A stretch of DNA of 50,873 bases, filler included, from Chloroflexota bacterium (lineage in GTDB: Bacteria; Chloroflexota; Chloroflexia; QHBQ01): assembly GCA_043754535.1 (NCBI GenBank). It is 3 parts of 3 records of this genome, joined end to end, with 100 filler letters (N's around TTAATTAATTAA, not from the genome) between each part and the next. Parts side by side here need not be neighbours in the genome. Positions count along the whole stretch, not along the records: positions 30,014 to 50,873 come from JAYUUN010000130.1; 2 more parts are not named here. The stretch is one strand, 5' to 3'. The notes below the pieces were generated by a model. It was not told the origin of the DNA. It saw only the letters and a program-made list of their open reading frames with translations, and ran no database searches. Made by a program: the position numbers and the translations under genes. This document shows, in pieces, positions 45,835 through 50,873 of the stretch. Every line of letters starts with the position of its first letter. The stretch's first letter is position 1.

Positions 45835-47388
45835 CTATCTGCCGAGGCGGCGGCGCACCGCCCCTACTGCTACGCTCAACTCGCGCTGGCTGATCACCCC
45901 ACTAAGCAGGATCGCCGTGGGGTAGAGAAGGAGGAAAGCCGCCTTAGCCAGCAAGTTGAGCCACCAGCTATTTAGCTGTATGCCTTCCCCCAGCAGCAGC
46001 AAGCCAAGGCCGAACACAAGGGTGATCACCACCTTGTTGACCTCAAAGGGAATTGGGTAGTGCCGCTGTGACAGGATACCAGCCAGCGAGATCATCAGCA
46101 CGCTGGCGGCTAGTGAAGCAAGGGCGGCCCCAGTAATACCCAGGCTGGGGATCAGCGTGATATTTAGTCCTATGCTGACCAGTGCAGCGATGATCGTCGT
46201 CCAGCTAATGTTGCTCGTCTTCTTGCTGATGTTGCTGCCAACCGCCGTGATAAAGTAGGCACCAGCAATGATCGCTGCAAAGGTAAGCAGGCCGAGTATT
46301 TTGTACCCCACCGCATATCCTTCGCGGTCGAAGTCAGTCACAGGCAGGACTGCACGACCAATGTTTGCCTGTTGCCTCGCCAACTGCCGCGCGCCCGCGT
46401 CAAAGTCAATTGCGGTCAAGATTTCACGGCCAAAGAGGCCGAGAGCGAAGGCCAAACCGCCGAACCCCACTATGTAGTAGGTTAGCAACTTGGCATAGGT
46501 GCGCTTTGCATCTGGTTCATTGGCTATGGAGAGTGAGTACGGCACCCAGGCTAGCTGGAAGGCGGTCATCATCAGGCTGACGATCACGCTGATCTTTAGC
46601 ACAGCATTGAAGATTGCCACTTGCTGGTCAGCCTCACTGCCACCGAGCCGAGCGAGGAAGAAGCCTGCTGCGTAGCTGTTGTTGACCCAGACCGCTGCCC
46701 CTGCTGGTACTAGCGGCCAACTGAGGCGCAGCATCCGGCTCAAGAGCGGATAGCTAAGGTGAAGCTGGTAGTTGTGGCGCGTCAGCCAGAAGCCCCCCAC
46801 GGTGCCGAAGATACTACCCACTAGCGGCCCACAGAGTGCGCCCACGACCCCCAGGTGGAAAAATAGAACCAGCACCAGGGCGACTACTAGGTTGAGGAAG
46901 GTGGCAATCCAGCTGACTACCACATAAGGGATTGGGCGGAAGTTGAGCCGTAGGATCGCGGCGAAGGTGGAGGCTAGCAGGCTGAAGGGCAAGGTCAGCA
47001 CCGAAATTGTCAACCACAGGCGGGTGTCCGCTGGAGGCTGTGCGCTCATCAGGCTGGCAAGTGGGTTGGTGAGGAAGAAAAGAAGCAGAGCGAAGGGGAT
47101 GCTAACCAGCAGGTTGAAGTAGAGCCAGGCTGAGGTCAACTCCCGCCGCCGCTCCTGATCATCTGTCTCAAAGTAAAGGATGGTAGCGGCACCATCCAGC
47201 CCGAACGTGACTAGCACAAAGAAAAGGCTGCTAGCGTTGAGGATATTGGAATAGATGGCGTACTCACCAGGGACGAGAATCTTAAGATAGATGGGCAGTA
47301 GAATGATGCCAACTCCCCGCGCCAACGCTCCGCCAAGACCATAGATCAGCGAGTCTTTCGACAGCCGCTTTACTCTGCTAGCTAGCAA
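45835..47388 (-). CDS. Wzx-type oligosaccharide flippase
   Basis: KDSLIYGLG, LLPIY..IL.P.EY, FGLD, AFQLAWVP, LNITLIPSLGITGAALA. Many TM helices. Confidence 0.9.
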   Translation of the reverse strand: MLASRVKRLSKDSLIYGLGGALARGVGIILLPIYLKILVPGEYAIYSNILNASSLFFVLVTFGLDGAATILYFETDDQERRRELTSAWLYFNLLVSIPFALLLFFLTNPLASLMSAQPPADTRLWLTISVLTLPFSLLASTFAAILRLNFRPIPYVVVSWIATFLNLVVALVLVLFFHLGVVGALCGPLVGSIFGTVGGFWLTRHNYQLHLSYPLLSRMLRLSWPLVPAGAAVWVNNSYAAGFFLARLGGSEADQQVAIFNAVLKISVIVSLMMTAFQLAWVPYSLSIANEPDAKRTYAKLLTYYIVGFGGLAFALGLFGREILTAIDFDAGARQLARQQANIGRAVLPVTDFDREGYAVGYKILGLLTFAAIIAGAYFITAVGSNISKKTSNISWTTIIAALVSIGLNITLIPSLGITGAALASLAASVLMISLAGILSQRHYPIPFEVNKVVITLVFGLGLLLLGEGIQLNSWWLNLLAKAAFLLLYPTAILLSGVISQRELSVAVGAVRRRLGR

Positions 47389-47916
47389 TTAGCGATCCTC
47401 CTCCCACCAGCCCTTGTAACCAGCGGCAGGGTCAGGTTGCAGGCCAGAACAGATGAAGTCCCAGCCCTGGGCCAGTTCGTAGAAGCGCAGCCCACGCACT
47501 AGTGCCTTGTTGATAAAGACCAATAGCTTGTTGTCGCGGTACTTGCCTCCCAGTGGACGCACCTTTACGTTCTTGAAGAAGCCAGCGAAGACTAGTCGCC
47601 AGATGCCGAGGTCGGCGAGATAGCGGTGGGTGGTGTCGAGGTGGGCGGAGTAGGTGCCAAGGTTGGGCAGGCGGAAAATCGCCTCCCCAGTAGGCTTCAG
47701 CACACGATGCACTTCGAGTAGCACATCCTGCGGCTTGTCAAAGTGTTCCAGCAGACAGGTGGCGTACAACTTGTCCACGCTGCTATCGCGCAGGGCGATG
47801 CTGACCGCATTGCTCCTGATGTTCACTGCTGGGGTGCGGCGTTCATCTATGCCGATGCTGCCTGGCTGCTTGTTGTTGCCGCAGCCGAGGTCTACGATCA
47901 CGGGGCTAGTCATCAC
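47389..47916 (-). CDS. Class I SAM-dependent methyltransferase (copy 1)
   Basis: VDLGCG, IGID, LLEHF, EVHRVLKP.G, DTTH. Close paralog of 40871-41398. Confidence 0.88.
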   Translation of the reverse strand: MMTSPVIVDLGCGNNKQPGSIGIDERRTPAVNIRSNAVSIALRDSSVDKLYATCLLEHFDKPQDVLLEVHRVLKPTGEAIFRLPNLGTYSAHLDTTHRYLADLGIWRLVFAGFFKNVKVRPLGGKYRDNKLLVFINKALVRGLRFYELAQGWDFICSGLQPDPAAGYKGWWEEDR

Positions 47917-48959
47917 TTTTTCTCCTCTGCCTTTTGCGGGTCAAGTTGGCGCAGCCAGTTGATCATTGCCTGCTGGCGCGTGCCAGGGGCAAACCACTCC
48001 ACTATGCGTTGGCGTGCCGCCTGCCGCTGGGCTGGTGCGGCCTCCACTGCCAGCCTGACTGCCACTGCCAGAGCCTGCACGTCGCCGAAGGCCGCCTGGT
48101 AGCCGCACTCCCCCACCACTTCTGGCATCGAGGTTTGGTAGCTGGCTGGGTCGGTAATCACCGGGATGCAGCCACAGGCCATCGCTTCGGCTACTGCCAC
48201 CCCAAAACCTTCATGGGCGGATAGCTGGACGTAAGCCCCTGCTCGTTGGTAGAGGGCAAGCAACTCTAGGTCACTGATGCGGCCAACGAACTGCACATTG
48301 CTGCTTGCAATGGCTTGCAAAGAAACTGCCGTCGCCTCCATTTTGCCCACCACTACAAACTGCACATCGGGCAAGGTTGCTGCCGCCTGCACAAATGTGT
48401 CTACCCCCTTTTGCGCCGCCGTATCCGAGTTGATCGTGTAGCAGACGGTGACAGCCAGCCGCTCCTTCTGGCTGAGGTCACTAGGAGGCTGGAAGTAGTT
48501 GCTATCTACTTCAAAATAGAGCGTGTGCAACCCTGCTGGACGGTAGCTTGCCCAGTGAGCGATCCGTACCGCCGAGAAATCAGAGAAGGCCAGGATCAGG
48601 TCACTGCGCTTCAAGGTAGGGAGGAACCGCTGGCGGGCGCGAGGGGAGGCCATTGCCCCGTAGTTCAGGCTTTGCACCCAATCCACATCCAGGCCACCCG
48701 CGATGAATACTACTCTGCGCCATAGCAACTTTGCCAGGCTAGCGACCACCAGCGCATAGTTTGGCATGATGAACCAGCACACCACTATGTCAGCTTTGCC
48801 CGCAATGATCATGCGGAGCAAGTCGGTGACTAGTTTTAGCCGACTGCCAGGATAGATGTAGGTCGTGGTAGAAAACGCGCTGCGCAAGATTGCCTCGTCC
48901 CGCTGCATGAAAGAGGTTGCAGGGTAGGGAAGTAGCAGCAGCACGGTGGGTTTCTTCAT
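47913..48959 (-). CDS. Glycosyltransferase family 4
   Basis: GGLDV, QKGV, HEGFGVAVAEAMACGCIPV. Paralog of 44776-45831. Confidence 0.92.
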   Translation of the reverse strand: MKKPTVLLLLPYPATSFMQRDEAILRSAFSTTTYIYPGSRLKLVTDLLRMIIAGKADIVVCWFIMPNYALVVASLAKLLWRRVVFIAGGLDVDWVQSLNYGAMASPRARQRFLPTLKRSDLILAFSDFSAVRIAHWASYRPAGLHTLYFEVDSNYFQPPSDLSQKERLAVTVCYTINSDTAAQKGVDTFVQAAATLPDVQFVVVGKMEATAVSLQAIASSNVQFVGRISDLELLALYQRAGAYVQLSAHEGFGVAVAEAMACGCIPVITDPASYQTSMPEVVGECGYQAAFGDVQALAVAVRLAVEAAPAQRQAARQRIVEWFAPGTRQQAMINWLRQLDPQKAEEKK

Positions 48960-48967
48960 AAGACCGC

Positions 48968-50269
48968 TTACTGCCCTACGCCGAGGTAGATCAGCCCAAC
49001 AGCTTCTATCTCAGCCCGCTGCTGGCGCAAGGCGTTGCGGCCATCCAGTAGCACGCGCACCCCAGCCGCAGCAAGCCGCCGCCAGTCCAGCAACTCCTTG
49101 TACTGCTCATGGTAGGCCTGTAGGATTACCGCCTCTGCGCCGCTATCGTAGAGGTCATGTGCAACCTCTGCGTGCCACGCCAGCTCCTCCGCTGTCCAGA
49201 GTGGGTCGTGCAATCGCACCTCCGCACCGCATTCGGCCAGCCCCTTGAGCAGCAGGTGGGTAGTGGAGAAAGCGTCCTCCTTGACGTTCTCGCGGTAGCT
49301 GAGGCCGAGGATCAGCACCCGCTTGCCCCGCAGATCACCCATTGCCTGGGCCAACAAGTCGAGGCCATAGGCGGCCATGCTATCGTTGAGGGCGCGGCTG
49401 CGGCGCACCAGGTCAAGCTCACCTTCGGCTGCGGCGTTCGCCATGAAGTAAGGATAGACGGGGATGCAATGGCCGCCTACGCCCAGGCCGGGGTTGTGAA
49501 TGTGCGAGTAGGGCTGAGTATTGGCGGCGGCGAACGCATCCAGGGCGTTGATGCCATTGCTGGCAGCAAAGCGGGCGAACTCGTTGGCGAGGGCGATGTT
49601 CACATCTCTGTATGTCGTCTCCGCCAGCTTGACGAACTCCGCCGTCTCTGCGTTGGCGACCAGGCGCACCTGCGTCCCTTCGTCCAATGCCGCGTGGTAG
49701 AAGGCAACTGCCCGCTCTGCACTGGCCGTGTCGGTGCCGCCCACCACCTTCGGATAGCTCCGCAGGTCGCTAAAGATGCGCCCAGAGTAGACCCGCTCTG
49801 GGCTGAAGGCAAGGAGGAAATCCTTGTCTTGCGCTAGCCCACTACCCTCAGCCAACATCTGGCCCAGGCGGTTGCGCGTCGTGCCGACCGGCAGGGTCGT
49901 CTCGTAGATTACCAACGTCCCCCCTTGCAGGCCACGGGCAACATCTCGCGTAGCCGAGTCTATAATGCGGTAGTCGATCTGGCGTTGCCCATCCACCAGC
50001 AGCGGCACAACAATAACGACCACGTTGCTCTCGCGCACTGCTGCTGCCGTGTCGGTTACAGCCCGCAGCTTGCCAGCGGTGACCGCGGCAGCCACCCGCT
50101 CCTCCAGGCCAGGCTCCTCCAGGATGGGGGAGTGGCCGCTGTTGACTGTGGCGACTACAGCGGGGTTGATGTCCGCGCCAATCACGTCTAGTCCTCGACC
50201 AGCAAACTGGGCCGCTAGTGGCAAGCCGATCTTGCCCAGGCCCACGACTGTTACCTTAAACGCAGTCAT
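48968..50269 (-). CDS. UDP-N-acetylhexosamine 6-dehydrogenase (WbpA/WecC-like)
   Basis: GLGKIGLP, YETTLPVGTT, AFSPER, EFVKLAETTYRDVNIALANE, PGLGVGGHCIP, LGLSYR, DGRN. Confidence 0.93.
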   Translation of the reverse strand: MTAFKVTVVGLGKIGLPLAAQFAGRGLDVIGADINPAVVATVNSGHSPILEEPGLEERVAAAVTAGKLRAVTDTAAAVRESNVVVIVVPLLVDGQRQIDYRIIDSATRDVARGLQGGTLVIYETTLPVGTTRNRLGQMLAEGSGLAQDKDFLLAFSPERVYSGRIFSDLRSYPKVVGGTDTASAERAVAFYHAALDEGTQVRLVANAETAEFVKLAETTYRDVNIALANEFARFAASNGINALDAFAAANTQPYSHIHNPGLGVGGHCIPVYPYFMANAAAEGELDLVRRSRALNDSMAAYGLDLLAQAMGDLRGKRVLILGLSYRENVKEDAFSTTHLLLKGLAECGAEVRLHDPLWTAEELAWHAEVAHDLYDSGAEAVILQAYHEQYKELLDWRRLAAAGVRVLLDGRNALRQQRAEIEAVGLIYLGVGQ

Positions 50270-50873
50270 CGCAATCCTTCCGCCTTAGCCTTCCGCTCCG
50301 CTTGCATAATCTCGGAATCAATGTTGCAGCCGCTGAGGTAGCAGTAGCTGTCATAGTGATAGTAGAGGCTCGGTCCCCAGAACAGATAATAAATAGGGCT
50401 GATACCAAGCTGTTGACCATTGCTGACACAAAGCTGGTCGCCCGCTGTGATCTTCTGGTCAAGCAGGTAGCCATGACTGGTCGTGCTATTAGTCAGGTGA
50501 GCTATCTCCTGGCCGTTGAGCGTAATGTGAGCAGGAGCAGAGGCAATTAGCCACAGCTTCTCGCCAGTGTAGCGCGCAACGGCGCATCCGCTGGCATCTT
50601 CATAACTGCGGATGTGCTGGGTTTGCGGATGCTGACCATCGACCTGTGCATCAACGAGCGGCAACATCCCATCCGAGTAGCTAACCCGCGCCAATGACCC
50701 TGCGCCAATGTTGGTATAGGATTGCGGGCGGAAGGGGCCGTCGCCTGTCAAGTTGCTCACGAGGGGTAGTGGGCTGCTTCCCTCAATGCGTCCCCGCTCC
50801 AAGCCCAGGTTGTAGCCGAGGTAGCTGCCACCGACCGCCAGTAGCAGGCTGATCACCAGGGCGAGGCTGAGGA
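50266..50873 (-). CDS. 3' part of the membrane-anchored hypothetical protein begun at 29654
   Basis: Frame is open to the window end. Shares LALVISLLLAVGGSYLGYNLGLERGRIEG with the 29654 ORF. Stop overlaps the dehydrogenase start (ATGA). Confidence 0.8.
   Translation of the reverse strand, partial: LSLALVISLLLAVGGSYLGYNLGLERGRIEGSSPLPLVSNLTGDGPFRPQSYTNIGAGSLARVSYSDGMLPLVDAQVDGQHPQTQHIRSYEDASGCAVARYTGEKLWLIASAPAHITLNGQEIAHLTNSTTSHGYLLDQKITAGDQLCVSNGQQLGISPIYYLFWGPSLYYHYDSYCYLSGCNIDSEIMQAERKAKAEGLR

Noticed and set aside
29817..50873. A 21-kb invertible segment bounded by 97-bp inverted repeats
   Set aside because: One copy ends exactly at an artificial linker and the other at the window end. 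No recombinase is present, and merging the copies restores one gene. Contig overlap is the simpler explanation.

Overview
This window is three concatenated contigs (1-22788, 22889-29913, 30014-50873) joined by artificial 100-bp N44-TTAATTAATTAA-N44 linkers. The DNA is GC-rich (roughly 60-65% in spot counts). Gene content (bacterial translin, sortase-type MPVTG anchor, DUF4397, many GT-C enzymes) suggests Chloroflexota, which is an inference. The last 97 bp of contig 2 are an exact reverse complement of the last 97 bp of the window, so contig 3 most likely continues contig 2 in flipped orientation. That join restores one gene of about 256 aa and one long surface-glycan operon: WbpB-like oxidoreductase, membrane protein, WbpA-like dehydrogenase, four GT4s, two near-identical methyltransferases, flippase, AsnB-type amidotransferase, and a terminal zinc-ribbon/Schlafen gene. 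The matching WbpD-like and WbpE-like genes lie on contig 1, separated by an AT-rich HEPN/DUF3644-like gene flanked by a 7-bp direct repeat. Housekeeping and metabolic genes include ppa, arsR-trxB, sufB-sufD-Rieske ferredoxin, hisB-hisD, FAH-hmgA, DegV, DedA, an ABC exporter and a prenyl synthase. The best candidates for unexplored biology are the HEPN insert, a translin RNase translationally coupled to a membrane-anchored Cas4 N-terminal half-protein, the Schlafen gene, a structured RNA over the sufD ribosome-binding site, and a pair of Met-rich surface proteins. No rRNA, tRNA, CRISPR array, integrase or transposase was seen. All family calls come from motif recognition by eye, not database searches.
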